Source of the DNA: an uncultured delta proteobacterium
GTDB taxonomy: Bacteria > Myxococcota_A > Polyangia > Polyangiales > Polyangiaceae
NCBI GenBank assembly: GCA_963782055.1
Contig: CAWAIF010000003.1
Span: 4,928,001 to 4,992,000, forward strand
Direction of reading: 5' to 3'
DNA: 64,000 nucleotides
Positions 19,282-28,531 of this stretch are shown piece after piece. How positions within the stretch are numbered: position 1 is the stretch's first letter; every line of letters begins with the position of its first letter. The notes under the pieces were generated by a model that was not told where the DNA came from, ran no database searches, and saw only the letters and a list, made by a program, of their open reading frames with translations. The translations under genes were made by a program, and so were the position numbers.

Positions 19282-20267
19282 CGGCGCACCCGCGGGTCCA
19301 GGGCCGCGTGCAGCGCGGCCGCGCTGGCCTGCACGGCCACGAACAGCGCCCCCGCCGCGATGACCGCCGCCTCCAGCACGGGGAAGTCGCGCGAGGCGTA
19401 GGCCTCCAGGATGAGGGTGCCCAGGCCGGGTCGCTCGAAGAGGCGCTCGAGCACCACCGCACCGCCGAGCAGCGCGCCGAGCTGGGAGGCGACCACCGTC
19501 AGGATGGGACCGAGCGACGCCGGCAGCGCGTGCAGGACCCACACGCGCGGCGCGCTCGCCCCCTTCGCGCGGGCCACGGAGAGGAACTGCCCGCGCGCCG
19601 TCTCGCCCAGCGCGACGCGACCGACGCGCGCCACCTGGGCGCCCAGCGGCAGGCCGAGCAGCGAGGAGGCGAACAGCAGCCCGGCGAAGCCGGCGTCAGG
19701 GTCCCCGGGCAACGGGACCATGCGCCAGCGCGCCGCGAGCAGGTAGGTGAGCAGCGGCGCGAAGGAGAGCAGCGGCGTGGCCGCCACCGCGTCGACCGCG
19801 CGCGCCGCCCACACGCGGCGGCGGCCGAGCCACGGACCCACCGCCAGCAGCGCCGCCGCCACGCCCAGCAGCGCGCCCAGGACCACCGCGAGGCCGGCGA
19901 GCGCGGACGTGGGCCCGAGCGCCGACTCCACCAGCGACGCGGCGGTCACGCCCGGGTGGCGCAGCGACTCGCCGAAGTCGAGCGTGAAGAGCCCCCGCAA
20001 GAAACGTGCATACTGCACGTGAAGAGACGCGTCGAGCCCGAGCCGCGCGCGCAGCGCGGCGACCTCCGCGCCGGTGGCCTGGTCGCCGAGCAGCAGGCGC
20101 GCGGGATCGCCCGGGAGCAGGCGCAGCGCCAGAAAGACGAGGGTGGCCATGGCCACCAGCACCGCCAGGGCCTCCACCCCGCGCTCCACGAAGGCGCGCA
20201 GGAGCGACGCCGCCGCGAGCCATCGCCGGCCGCGCGGAGGAGCGAGCGCCTCGGGCCCCGCCGCCAC
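19278..20267 (-). CDS. ABC peptide/nickel transporter permease (DppB/OppB-like)
   Basis: LPGDPA..LLG, LGLD.....QY..FL..L...DFGES, ARAKG, GAVVLE.LF..PGLG, RDFPVL, LDPRVR. Start uncertain. Confidence 0.9.
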   Translation of the reverse strand: MAAGPEALAPPRGRRWLAAASLLRAFVERGVEALAVLVAMATLVFLALRLLPGDPARLLLGDQATGAEVAALRARLGLDASLHVQYARFLRGLFTLDFGESLRHPGVTAASLVESALGPTSALAGLAVVLGALLGVAAALLAVGPWLGRRRVWAARAVDAVAATPLLSFAPLLTYLLAARWRMVPLPGDPDAGFAGLLFASSLLGLPLGAQVARVGRVALGETARGQFLSVARAKGASAPRVWVLHALPASLGPILTVVASQLGALLGGAVVLERLFERPGLGTLILEAYASRDFPVLEAAVIAAGALFVAVQASAAALHAALDPRVRR

Positions 20268-20272
20268 GGTAA

Positions 20273-20899
20273 TCAGTCCAGCGCGGCGTCGGAGGAGGCG
20301 TCGGAGGAGGCGTCGGCTCCCGCGTCGCCAGCGTCGCCGGCTCCCGCGTCACCGGCGTCACCGGCGTCACCGGCGGAGGCGTCGGGCTGCGCGGGCGAGG
20401 CCGCGTCGATGTCGGGCACGGCGGGACCGCTCGGGCCGCAGACCGGCGCGGTGGAGGCGTCGGGGACGCTCGCGGCCGAGCTGGCGCGGACCATGCACAC
20501 CCTGGTCGCCCTGTCGGCGAGGACGCGCGCGCCGTACTCCGGCGCGCCCGGGTCGACGCAGGCGTACCCGGCGCGGCAGTCGCCGTCGGAAGCGCACGAC
20601 GCGAGGCACAGCGTGCGCGAGCTCCGCGAGGGGGAATGGCGGTCGTCGTAGGCGCAGCCCGGGATCGCGGCGTTGATCTGCACGCAGACGGCGTCGCCAG
20701 GGCAGCTGTCGCCCGCGCAGTTGAAGATGGTGCAGTAGCCGTTGGGCTGGGAGGTGTCGCAGAGGCGATCCCCCTGCGTCGAGCAGTCGGTCGACAGGGT
20801 GCACTGGTCCCCGATGGAGGGCTGGCAGCCCAGGACCGCCAGCAAGGCGACAGGCAGCAAGCTGAGCCAGGGGATGCCGCGAGGACCGGACAGGCGCAT
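20273..20899 (-). CDS. Cys-rich lipoprotein with C-terminal DAG/DAS repeats
   Basis: Lipobox VLGC; IGDQCTLSTDC..LCD...GYCT..C....CP...VC; tail GDAGDAGDAGAGDAGDAGADASSDASSDAALD. Confidence 0.8.
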   Translation of the reverse strand: MRLSGPRGIPWLSLLPVALLAVLGCQPSIGDQCTLSTDCSTQGDRLCDTSQPNGYCTIFNCAGDSCPGDAVCVQINAAIPGCAYDDRHSPSRSSRTLCLASCASDGDCRAGYACVDPGAPEYGARVLADRATRVCMVRASSAASVPDASTAPVCGPSGPAVPDIDAASPAQPDASAGDAGDAGDAGAGDAGDAGADASSDASSDAALD

Positions 20900-20980
20900 G
20901 GAGACCGCGGGGTCTTCGTAGCCGCACCGGGCCCCGGATTCCACCCCGATGTTCGGCGGGACGCCGTCGACCCGCAGCAT

Positions 20981-21009
20981 TTGACAAGCCGCGCGCTCCT
21001 TCCTACGTT
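20981..21009 (+). promoter_or_regulatory. Sigma70-type promoter (TTGACA-N17-TACGTT) for the ferredoxin gene
   Basis: Perfect -35 at 20981-20986, 17-nt spacer, TAnnnT -10 at 21004-21009, about 60 nt upstream of ATG 21070. Confidence 0.6.
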
Positions 21010-21069
21010 CCCGCCGCCCCGGGGCGCGCGTGTGCGGCCGCGCCGGACCCAACGCAGGCAGCATCATCC

Positions 21070-21375
21070 ATGACGACCTACATCACTTCCGATTGCATCA
21101 ACTGCGGCGCGTGCGAGCCCGAGTGCCCGAACGAGGCCATCAGCGAGGGCGACGAGATCTACATCATCGATCCCGAGCTCTGCACCGAGTGCGTCGGCTT
21201 CTACGATCACGAGGCGTGTCAGGCCGTGTGTCCGGTGGAGTGCTGCATCCCGGACCCGAACCATCGCGAAGACGAGAAGGACCTGATCGCGCGCGCGCTC
21301 CGCCTCCACCCGGACGACAGCGAGCTGGTGACACGCGCCTCCGAGAACGACTACCCCTCGCGCTTCCGCAAGTGA
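21070..21375 (+). CDS. YfhL-family 2[4Fe-4S] ferredoxin
   Basis: CINCGACEPECP and CTECVGFYDHEACQAVCPVECC. Confidence 0.93.
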   Translation: MTTYITSDCINCGACEPECPNEAISEGDEIYIIDPELCTECVGFYDHEACQAVCPVECCIPDPNHREDEKDLIARALRLHPDDSELVTRASENDYPSRFRK

Positions 21376-21448
21376 AGGGCGTCCAGAACTGCGTTCTGGA
21401 TCGCTCTTCAGCCGCGACGGAGTCGCGCCCGCGTGGGGTGGGGGCCCG

Positions 21449-22252
21449 ATGAGCTCGCTTCATCGGGGCGGGGCGGCGCGCGCCGCCCTGGTGGCCCCCT
21501 TGCTGCTCGCCGGCTGCGCGGGCGGCGCGCCGCTGCTTCATCCGGCGCAGGCGCTCGCCAGCGGGGAGGTGCGCGCGATGGGGGGGCTCGCCGGGCAGAC
21601 GGCGATCGGCGGCGTCGCCGACAGCCTGCGCGACGCGACGAACGAGGCCGCGCAGAGCAACGGCGTCGTGCCGACCGACGCGACCTACGCCGAGGGCGCG
21701 CTCGTGGCGGCGGCCGTCGCGCCCGGGATCTCGCCGGTCGTGGGCGCGCGCGTCGGCGTGGGCTCGCGCGTCGAGGGCGGCGTCGTCTACACCGGCCGGG
21801 GGGTGCGCGTGGACATGCGCAAGGCGTTCGGCTCCGGGTCGGTGGCGGTGTCGGTCGGCGCCGGCCTGGACGCCACCTTCGCCGGCCGCACCGGCGAGCC
21901 GCTCGCCGGCGTGAGCGACGAGAACCTCTACGGCTTCGGCGCCAACGTTCCGGTCGTGGTCGGCTGGGAGTCGACGGGCGGGCTCTACTACGTGTGGGCG
22001 GGCGCGCGCGGCGGCTACGAGCACGACACCGTCCAGCCACGCGCGAGCGAGACGCCCTCCGGTCAGGTGCTCTCCGCGGACCGCTTCTGGGTCGGGGGGC
22101 TGGCGGGCGTCGCCGTGGGCTTCCGGCACATCCACGTGGCCCTGGAGATGGACGCGGCGTACGTGAACCTCTCCGGCTCCTTCCAGGGGACGAGCGCCGG
22201 CGTCGACGGCCTGGTGCTGTCTCCCGGAAGCGCCGTCTGGTGGGATTTCTGA
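21449..22252 (+). CDS. Putative lipoprotein/outer-membrane beta-barrel protein
   Basis: Lipobox LAGC, alternating amphipathic beta-strands, C-terminal Phe (VWWDF). Confidence 0.6.
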   Translation: MSSLHRGGAARAALVAPLLLAGCAGGAPLLHPAQALASGEVRAMGGLAGQTAIGGVADSLRDATNEAAQSNGVVPTDATYAEGALVAAAVAPGISPVVGARVGVGSRVEGGVVYTGRGVRVDMRKAFGSGSVAVSVGAGLDATFAGRTGEPLAGVSDENLYGFGANVPVVVGWESTGGLYYVWAGARGGYEHDTVQPRASETPSGQVLSADRFWVGGLAGVAVGFRHIHVALEMDAAYVNLSGSFQGTSAGVDGLVLSPGSAVWWDF

Positions 22253-22255
22253 GCC

Positions 22256-22852
22256 GTGGTGCTCGTGCTCGCCGCCTTCGGCCCGGAGCTCGACGCGCTG
22301 CGCGCGGCGCGGCCGGAGCTGCCGTCGGCGGCGGTGGGCGTGGGGCTGGCGGCGGCGGCGCTCGGCGCCGAAGCGGCGCTGCGCGACGCGGCGGCCGAGG
22401 CCGTCGTGCTCATCGGCACATGCGGCGCCTACGAGGGGTCCGGCCTGCGCGCCGGAGACGTGGTGGTCCCCGCGCGCGTGCACCTGGTCTCCACCGCGGT
22501 GGCGGAGGCGCGCGCCGCGCTCCCTGACGCAGTGACGCGCGCGCTGCCCGCCGACGAGTCGCTGGCCGCCGCGCTCCGCCGGGCCGGAGGCGTCGCGGGC
22601 GACGTCGCCACTACCCTGGCGATCACCACCGACGACGCGCTCGCCGGGCGCGTGCACGTCGCGACGGGGTGCGCGGCGGAGCACCTGGAGGCGTTCGCGG
22701 TCGCCCTGGCGTGCAAGCGGCGCGGCGTTGCCTTCGCCGCCGCCCTCGGGGTCGCCAACGCGGTGGGGAGCCGCGGGCGGGCGGAGTGGCACGCGCAGCA
22801 CCTGCAGGCCTCGGCCGCGGCCGCCCGCGTGGTGGTGGCGGCGCTCCGCTGA
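22256..22852 (+). CDS. Nucleoside phosphorylase/hydrolase superfamily protein (futalosine hydrolase MqnB-like)
   Basis: GVGLAAAA, LIGTCGAY...GDVV, EHLEAFAVALAC...GVANAVG...W. Confidence 0.7.
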   Translation: MVLVLAAFGPELDALRAARPELPSAAVGVGLAAAALGAEAALRDAAAEAVVLIGTCGAYEGSGLRAGDVVVPARVHLVSTAVAEARAALPDAVTRALPADESLAAALRRAGGVAGDVATTLAITTDDALAGRVHVATGCAAEHLEAFAVALACKRRGVAFAAALGVANAVGSRGRAEWHAQHLQASAAAARVVVAALR

Positions 22853-22905
22853 TCCCCAACCGAAGGGTTGCCCCGGAGAGCCGGGGAGACTACCCTTTCA
22901 GGGCG

Positions 22906-23739
22906 ATGCGGCGAATCGCCTTTGGCACGGTACCTTACGTCCTGTGTGCCCTGCCGGTGCTGGCGGGGTGCTCCGCCCAGCTGAGCGCCTCGGCGGACGG
23001 GGCGGACGCCGAGAGCGCCTCAGTGACCGGGGTCGTCATCGTCGAGCGGACGGTCAGCGGGGAGGATGCTCCCCGCAGCGACGTCTCCGCCCGCTTCGTC
23101 CGCGTGCGCGAGGGCGCCGAGGACGAGGCGCTCCGCCTCGTGGGCGCCAACCTGGACCTGCCGGTGCTGGGCACGTGCGCGCCCACCCAGGTCGCCGCCG
23201 AGGCCGCTCCCAAGACGGTGCGCCTCATGGATGTGGGCGCCGTGAGCATCGAGGCGGACGGCCAGACGACGCCGCTGCTCGCCCGCCGCGTCCCCGACGT
23301 CGTCGACCTCATCTCCGGAAGCGTGTACTCTGCACGCACCGACGTGGCGGGGGAGACGGCCATCACCGTCCGCGTCGGCGGCGGCAACGATGTGGCCCCC
23401 TTCGCCGTCTCCGGCGATGCGCCCGACGCCGTCTCCGGCCTGCAGATCTCCGGCCTGGATCCCTCCGGCGAGGTGCCGCTGCCCGCCGCCACGCCGGTGG
23501 ACCTCACCTGGGACGCCGGGACGGACCTCATCTACGTGGACGTCTCCGGCGCAACCGGCATCACGCGCTGCGCCTTCGGCGACGATGGCCACGCCGTGCT
23601 CCCCTCCAGCGTGCTGCAGGACGACCGCGGCACCCTCGTCGTCCACCGCGTCCGCAGCCAGGACGCGCAGGCCGCCGGCCTCGCCGGCGTGGAGCTGCGC
23701 TTCGACTTCGCGCGCGCCGTCGCCTACCGGCGCCTCTGA
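22906..23739 (+). CDS. Hypothetical lipoprotein
   Basis: MRRIAFGTVPYVLCALPVLAGC lipobox; beta-rich mature region. Confidence 0.7.
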   Translation: MRRIAFGTVPYVLCALPVLAGCSAQLSASADGADAESASVTGVVIVERTVSGEDAPRSDVSARFVRVREGAEDEALRLVGANLDLPVLGTCAPTQVAAEAAPKTVRLMDVGAVSIEADGQTTPLLARRVPDVVDLISGSVYSARTDVAGETAITVRVGGGNDVAPFAVSGDAPDAVSGLQISGLDPSGEVPLPAATPVDLTWDAGTDLIYVDVSGATGITRCAFGDDGHAVLPSSVLQDDRGTLVVHRVRSQDAQAAGLAGVELRFDFARAVAYRRL

Positions 23740-23748
23740 CCCTCCACC

Positions 23749-24570
23749 ATGCGCGCGGCACGTCTGGCAGCCCTGGCGCTCGTCTTCTTCGCGTCGTCGT
23801 CGCTCGCGAAGGGCCCGGCGAAGACGCACGCCAAGAAGCGCGTCGCGCCCCGGCACGTCGCGCGCGCGGCAAAGCACTACGGCTCGTACGTGCGCAACTG
23901 GCACACGCCGGACCCCGACCGCGCCCCGCTCACTGACCCGGCAGGCAGGCCGCTCCTGGTGCTCTACGCGATCAACACGCGCGAGCGGGTGACGCTGCAC
24001 CCGCTGGGCGCCGAGGGCGGCTTCTCGGCGGAGGAGCTGGACCGCGCGGCTCACCTGCTGCGCGATCCGCGCGCCGGCAACGAGCACCCGGTGGAGCCGC
24101 GCCTGCTCGACGCGATCTACCGCATCCAGGTGCACTTCCACGCGCAGGAGATCCGCGTCATCTCCGGCTACCGCACGCCGCACGGCGGCCACTCCAACCA
24201 CGGCAAGGGCCGGGCGATGGACGTGGTGGTCCCCGGCACGCACGACGCGGACGTCGCCAGGTTCGCCCGGGGGATGGGCTTCATGGGCGTGGGCCTCTAC
24301 CCGGTGAGCGGCTTCGTGCACGTCGACGTCCGCGACCGCAGCTACTTCTGGGTCGACTACAGCGGCCCGGGGCGCCGCAACCGCGAGCGGGGGATCCTCG
24401 GCAAGGTGGCGGCGGCCGCCGACGAGCGCGCCCGCGCGCGCGGCGAGCGCGGCGTGCCGCCCTTCGGCGTCGCGACCGACGTGGACGAGATCCTGCGCGT
24501 CGCGCGCCCCGCGCCCGCGACGACGACCCCGACAGGCCCGCCGCCGGACGAGGACGAAGACACGCCCTGA
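23749..24570 (+). CDS. DUF882/YcbK (peptidase M15/MepK-like) exported protein
   Basis: Signal peptide; PRLLD, VISGYR, SNHGKGRAMD, GVGLYPVSGFVHVDVR. Confidence 0.88.
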   Translation: MRAARLAALALVFFASSSLAKGPAKTHAKKRVAPRHVARAAKHYGSYVRNWHTPDPDRAPLTDPAGRPLLVLYAINTRERVTLHPLGAEGGFSAEELDRAAHLLRDPRAGNEHPVEPRLLDAIYRIQVHFHAQEIRVISGYRTPHGGHSNHGKGRAMDVVVPGTHDADVARFARGMGFMGVGLYPVSGFVHVDVRDRSYFWVDYSGPGRRNRERGILGKVAAAADERARARGERGVPPFGVATDVDEILRVARPAPATTTPTGPPPDEDEDTP

Positions 24571-24578
24571 GGAGCGCC

Positions 24579-26519
24579 ATGGACGCCGACGTCGCGGAGC
24601 TGGTCCGGAGGGAGCGCATCGCGGAGGCGGCGGAGCTGGCGAGCAGCCGCGGCGACGCGATGACGGCGGCGGACCTCTTCGAGCGCGCGTGCGACTTCGG
24701 CCGCGCCTCGCGCGAGGCCATGCGGGCGGGGAGGCCGGACCGCGCGCTGTGCCTCGCGGTCGTGGCCGCGGACGCGGAGTCGGCGCAGCGCGCGCTCGAC
24801 GCCGTCCGCGCGAAGGGCGAGGCGGCGCTCGCGAGGGTGGCGGCGGAGCTGGAGCAGCGCGGGGACCACGCGTGGGCGGCGCGCGCCTTCGAGGCAGCGC
24901 TCCGCTCGCTCGACGCGGCGCGGGCGTGGGAGCACGCCGGCGAGGCGGTGCGCAGCGCGTCGCTCTACGAGCGGGGCAACGATCCGGTCGCGGCCTCCAA
25001 GGTGCTCGAGGCGGCGCTCCGCCGCGAGCCTTCGCGCCACGACTGCCAGGTGGCGCTCGGCAAGCTGCTCCTGCGCTACGGCAAGCACGAGGCGGGCGTG
25101 CGCGCGCTGCAGCAGGTGCCGGCGGGCGCGCCGGAGCGACGAGCCGCCCTCGCCGGGCTGGTCACCGGGCTGGGCGCGCTCGGGCTCTCGCAGGCCGCCG
25201 ACGCGGCCGCGCGCGAGCTGGAGTCGCTGGGCGGCGCGCCGCCGGAGGCCACGCCCGCGCCGCAGGGCGAGGTGAAGCGCCGCATGTACGGTCGCTACGA
25301 CGTGGTGCGCGACGTCGCCTCCACCGCCACCGCGCGCGTCATCGAGTGCGTGGACTCGGTGCGCGGCGAGCGCGTGGCGGTGAAGGTGTTCGCCGGCTAC
25401 GACGTGCGCGGCGCGGGGCGCGACGCGCTCATGCGCTTCGAGCGGGAGGTGCGCGTGCTCGCCGCCATCGACCACCCGAACGTCGTGCCCCTGCGCGACT
25501 TCTTCCCCGACGGCCCCGCGCTGGTGCTCGCGTGGATGAGCGGCGGCACGCTCGAGCACATGATGCAGTCGCCCATCGCCCCCGCGCGCGCGGTGGAGAT
25601 CGCCGAGGCGGTGCTCAGCGCGCTGGGCGAGGCGCACCGGCACGGCGTGCTGCACCGCGACATCAAGCCGGCCAACGTGCTCTTCGACGACGCCGGCGTC
25701 GCGCGGCTCGCCGACTTCGGCGTCGCGCACCTGGGCGACCTCACCGCGACGGCGACGGCCGGCGTCATCGGCACGCTGGCGTACATGAGCCCGGAGCAGC
25801 GGGAGGGCAAGCCGGCCACCGTGCAGAGCGACCTCTACGGCGTGGGCGCCATCCTCTTCGAGATGCTGACCGGCGAGCGCCTCGTCCTCGGCGAGGAGCC
25901 GCGCACACGTCCGAGCGGCGTGCACCGCGATCTCGACGTGCGCCACGACGAGGTGGTCCTCGGCATGCTCGCGGTGGAGCGGGAGCAGCGGCCCCCGGAC
26001 GCCTTCTCGGCGCGCCGCAGACTGTCCGCCCTCCACTGGCCCTCCACGGTGGAGCGCGCCGCGCCGCAGGCCCCGCGCGAGCGCGAGCGGAGCGAGCGAC
26101 CGGGGGCGGTGCGGCTCGTCACCGGACCGGACGGCGTCACCACCGACACCCTCGCCGGGCGGCGCCTGCAGCGCGTCCCGCTCACCGATCGCACCCTCGG
26201 CCGCGCGGGGGCGTTCGCGCGGGCGGGGGAACCGGTGCTCCAGACCGTGCTCCGGGCGGACCGCGCGGCGGGGGAGATCTGGCTGGACGAGCCGAGGGGC
26301 AAGCCGATCGACCGCCCGCTGCACCCGCAGGAGCAGGCGGCGCTCACCCGCGCGCTGGACGCGCTGCACGGGCAAGGCGTGGTGCACGGTCACGTGGACC
26401 GCGCGCACGTGCTCGTCGCCGAGACCGGCGGCGTGCTCCTGCGGTTCGAGCCGGCGAGCGATCCCACCGCCACCGCCGACACCGACTGGGCGCAGCTCAG
26501 GCGGCTGGGCGCGCCCTAG
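24579..26519 (+). CDS. TPR-containing Ser/Thr protein kinase with C-terminal degenerate kinase-like segment
   Basis: N-terminal helical repeats; VAVK, HRDIKPAN, DFG, GTLAYMSPEQ, SDLYGVG. Confidence 0.88.
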   Translation: MDADVAELVRRERIAEAAELASSRGDAMTAADLFERACDFGRASREAMRAGRPDRALCLAVVAADAESAQRALDAVRAKGEAALARVAAELEQRGDHAWAARAFEAALRSLDAARAWEHAGEAVRSASLYERGNDPVAASKVLEAALRREPSRHDCQVALGKLLLRYGKHEAGVRALQQVPAGAPERRAALAGLVTGLGALGLSQAADAAARELESLGGAPPEATPAPQGEVKRRMYGRYDVVRDVASTATARVIECVDSVRGERVAVKVFAGYDVRGAGRDALMRFEREVRVLAAIDHPNVVPLRDFFPDGPALVLAWMSGGTLEHMMQSPIAPARAVEIAEAVLSALGEAHRHGVLHRDIKPANVLFDDAGVARLADFGVAHLGDLTATATAGVIGTLAYMSPEQREGKPATVQSDLYGVGAILFEMLTGERLVLGEEPRTRPSGVHRDLDVRHDEVVLGMLAVEREQRPPDAFSARRRLSALHWPSTVERAAPQAPRERERSERPGAVRLVTGPDGVTTDTLAGRRLQRVPLTDRTLGRAGAFARAGEPVLQTVLRADRAAGEIWLDEPRGKPIDRPLHPQEQAALTRALDALHGQGVVHGHVDRAHVLVAETGGVLLRFEPASDPTATADTDWAQLRRLGAP

Positions 26520-27210
26520 CGGGCAGCGCGGCGGCCAGCACGGCGCCGAGGACACGCTCGCACGCGGGGAGGTGCTGCTCGCCCAGGCCGCTCGGCCAGT
26601 GCAGGAAGGTCCAGACGATGCCGCGCGGGACGCCCATCCCTCGACGGGGCGAGAGCCCGCGGGTCACCACGTGCGTCGTGTCGTTGCAGACGTACGCGTT
26701 GTCCTCACGCGGGGCGACCAGCCGCGCGGACGGCATCACCGCGCCGAGGGTCCCCGCCTCCCGCGCGATGGCGGCGCGCGCGGCGCGCAGGAGGGCGTGG
26801 GCGGGCATGTGTACTCTACATGTTCTTCGCGGCGTCGCGAGCTCCGCGGGCAGGGCGCCGCGGGCGTCCACCTTCCGGACGCGGGAGGCTCCCGCCCCCC
26901 GCTCGATCCAGAGCGGCTGCGCCGGGCCGGCGACGCCGTTCATGATCACCACGTGAGGCCGGAGCGCGCGGATCTCCCGCAGCACCAGGGTCCCCGCCTC
27001 CTCCCACGCGACCGGAAGCACCATCCCCGTGACGCGCACGCACCGGCGGCCGAGGCGCAGCTCGCCGCGCGCGGAGGCGAGCGCGCCCGGGGCGTCCGCG
27101 TAAGCGAGGCCGGGCACCAGCCGCGAGACGAGCAGGCCGGTGGCGTTGCGCGCGACGCCCGGGAAGGCACCGAAGCCGGTCAGAAGGACGCGCGGAGAGG
27201 AGAGGCGCAT
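26497..27210 (-). CDS. Pyroglutamyl-peptidase I (C15) family protein
   Basis: VLLTGFGAFPG..NAT, VLPVAW, IER, AYVCN (catalytic Cys), FLHWP (His). Confidence 0.8.
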   Translation of the reverse strand: MRLSSPRVLLTGFGAFPGVARNATGLLVSRLVPGLAYADAPGALASARGELRLGRRCVRVTGMVLPVAWEEAGTLVLREIRALRPHVVIMNGVAGPAQPLWIERGAGASRVRKVDARGALPAELATPRRTCRVHMPAHALLRAARAAIAREAGTLGAVMPSARLVAPREDNAYVCNDTTHVVTRGLSPRRGMGVPRGIVWTFLHWPSGLGEQHLPACERVLGAVLAAALPARARPAA

Positions 27211-27226
27211 CGACGCCGGCCGGCGG

Positions 27227-28525
27227 TCACCGCCGGGAGAGCGCGACGGGCAGCAAGAGCAGGAAGCGGGTGCCCTCGTCGCGCGCGCTCTCCACCTCGA
27301 TGCTGCCGCCGTGGGCGGCGACGATGTCCTTCACGATGGACAGGCCAAGGCCGTTGCCGCGCCCCTCACCCTTGGTGGTGAAGAAGGCGTCGAAGAGGTG
27401 CGGGAGGTGGTCGTCCTCGATGCCGTGACCGTTGTCCCCCACCACGACGCGCACCGCCGTGTCGTCCGCCCAGAGGTCGGTGGAGACGAGCAGCTTGCCG
27501 CCACGTGGGGGCATCGCGTGGCAGGCGTTGGTGAACAGGTTGACGAAGACCTGCGCGAGCTGCTCGGGCATGCCCCAGATCGGCAGCACGCCGTCGCCGA
27601 AGCGCCGCTCCACCGCGACGCCGTGTTCCTCGAGGATGTGGTCGCAGAAGGTGAGCGCCTGCTCGATGACCGCGCTGACGACGATGGGCTGCGGCTTGCC
27701 TGTCGAGGGGCGCGCGTAGGTCACCAGATCGCGCGAGAGGCGGAGCATGCGCTGCGCGGAGTCAGCGATGCGCCGCAGCCGCTCGAGGTCGTCCTCGTCG
27801 CCGCGCGCGGTCGCCCGCTTGGCGAGGTAGTCGGTGTACGCGACGATGGAGGTGAGCGGGTTGTTGAGCTCGTGCACCATCCCGGCGGCGAGCTGCCCGA
27901 GCGAGGCGAGCTTCTCGGTGTGCACGAGCTGGTTCTCGCGCTCCTTGAGGACGCGCTCGCTCCGCGACAGCCTCTCGGCCATGCGCGCGTGGCGGAGCAC
28001 GGACGGCAGCGCGAAGCGCGCGCGGTGGGCCAGCTGCATGGGCACCGACGTCTCCTCGGCGAGCGTGGGGTCGTTGCCCGCCACCCAGAGCTCCAGGCCG
28101 GACTCGTCGGTGGTGCGCGCCGGGAGCTCCACGGCGAAGGTCCCGAACATGGGCGCGCCGGGCGTCGACCCGCCGGAGAAGGCGCCGCTCGGCCGGTCGG
28201 TACCCTTCGCGTTGGGGACGGCACGAAAGGACCGGCAGCTCCCCTCCCCCTGGACGCGGAGGCCGACCGCGCACCCCGGCAGGACGGCCGCGAGCCGGTC
28301 CACCACCGACTGCGCGACGGCGTCCTCGCCCTGCGCGAAGGGCAGCTCGGAGAGCACGGCGATGAGGCGGTCGAGCGCGCGCGAGGGGATGTCGGCGAGG
28401 GGCACGCTGCGGCTGGTGGAGACGGCCTCCTCCGCCATCACCATCCCGGACACGCTCGCGCGCGGGTGCGGCTCGTTCTCGGGGGCCTCCGCGGCCTTGC
28501 TCATGGGGTCCCTTTCCCGGGGCAT
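27227..28525 (-). CDS. Cytoplasmic sensor histidine kinase (NtrB/HAMP-less type, complete HisKA plus HATPase)
   Basis: EKLASLGQLAAGMVHELNNPL, QVFVNLFTNACHAM, DNGHGI, FDAFFTTK, GNGLGLSIV. Confidence 0.93.
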   Translation of the reverse strand: MPRERDPMSKAAEAPENEPHPRASVSGMVMAEEAVSTSRSVPLADIPSRALDRLIAVLSELPFAQGEDAVAQSVVDRLAAVLPGCAVGLRVQGEGSCRSFRAVPNAKGTDRPSGAFSGGSTPGAPMFGTFAVELPARTTDESGLELWVAGNDPTLAEETSVPMQLAHRARFALPSVLRHARMAERLSRSERVLKERENQLVHTEKLASLGQLAAGMVHELNNPLTSIVAYTDYLAKRATARGDEDDLERLRRIADSAQRMLRLSRDLVTYARPSTGKPQPIVVSAVIEQALTFCDHILEEHGVAVERRFGDGVLPIWGMPEQLAQVFVNLFTNACHAMPPRGGKLLVSTDLWADDTAVRVVVGDNGHGIEDDHLPHLFDAFFTTKGEGRGNGLGLSIVKDIVAAHGGSIEVESARDEGTRFLLLLPVALSRR

Positions 28526-28531
28526 GCCCGA

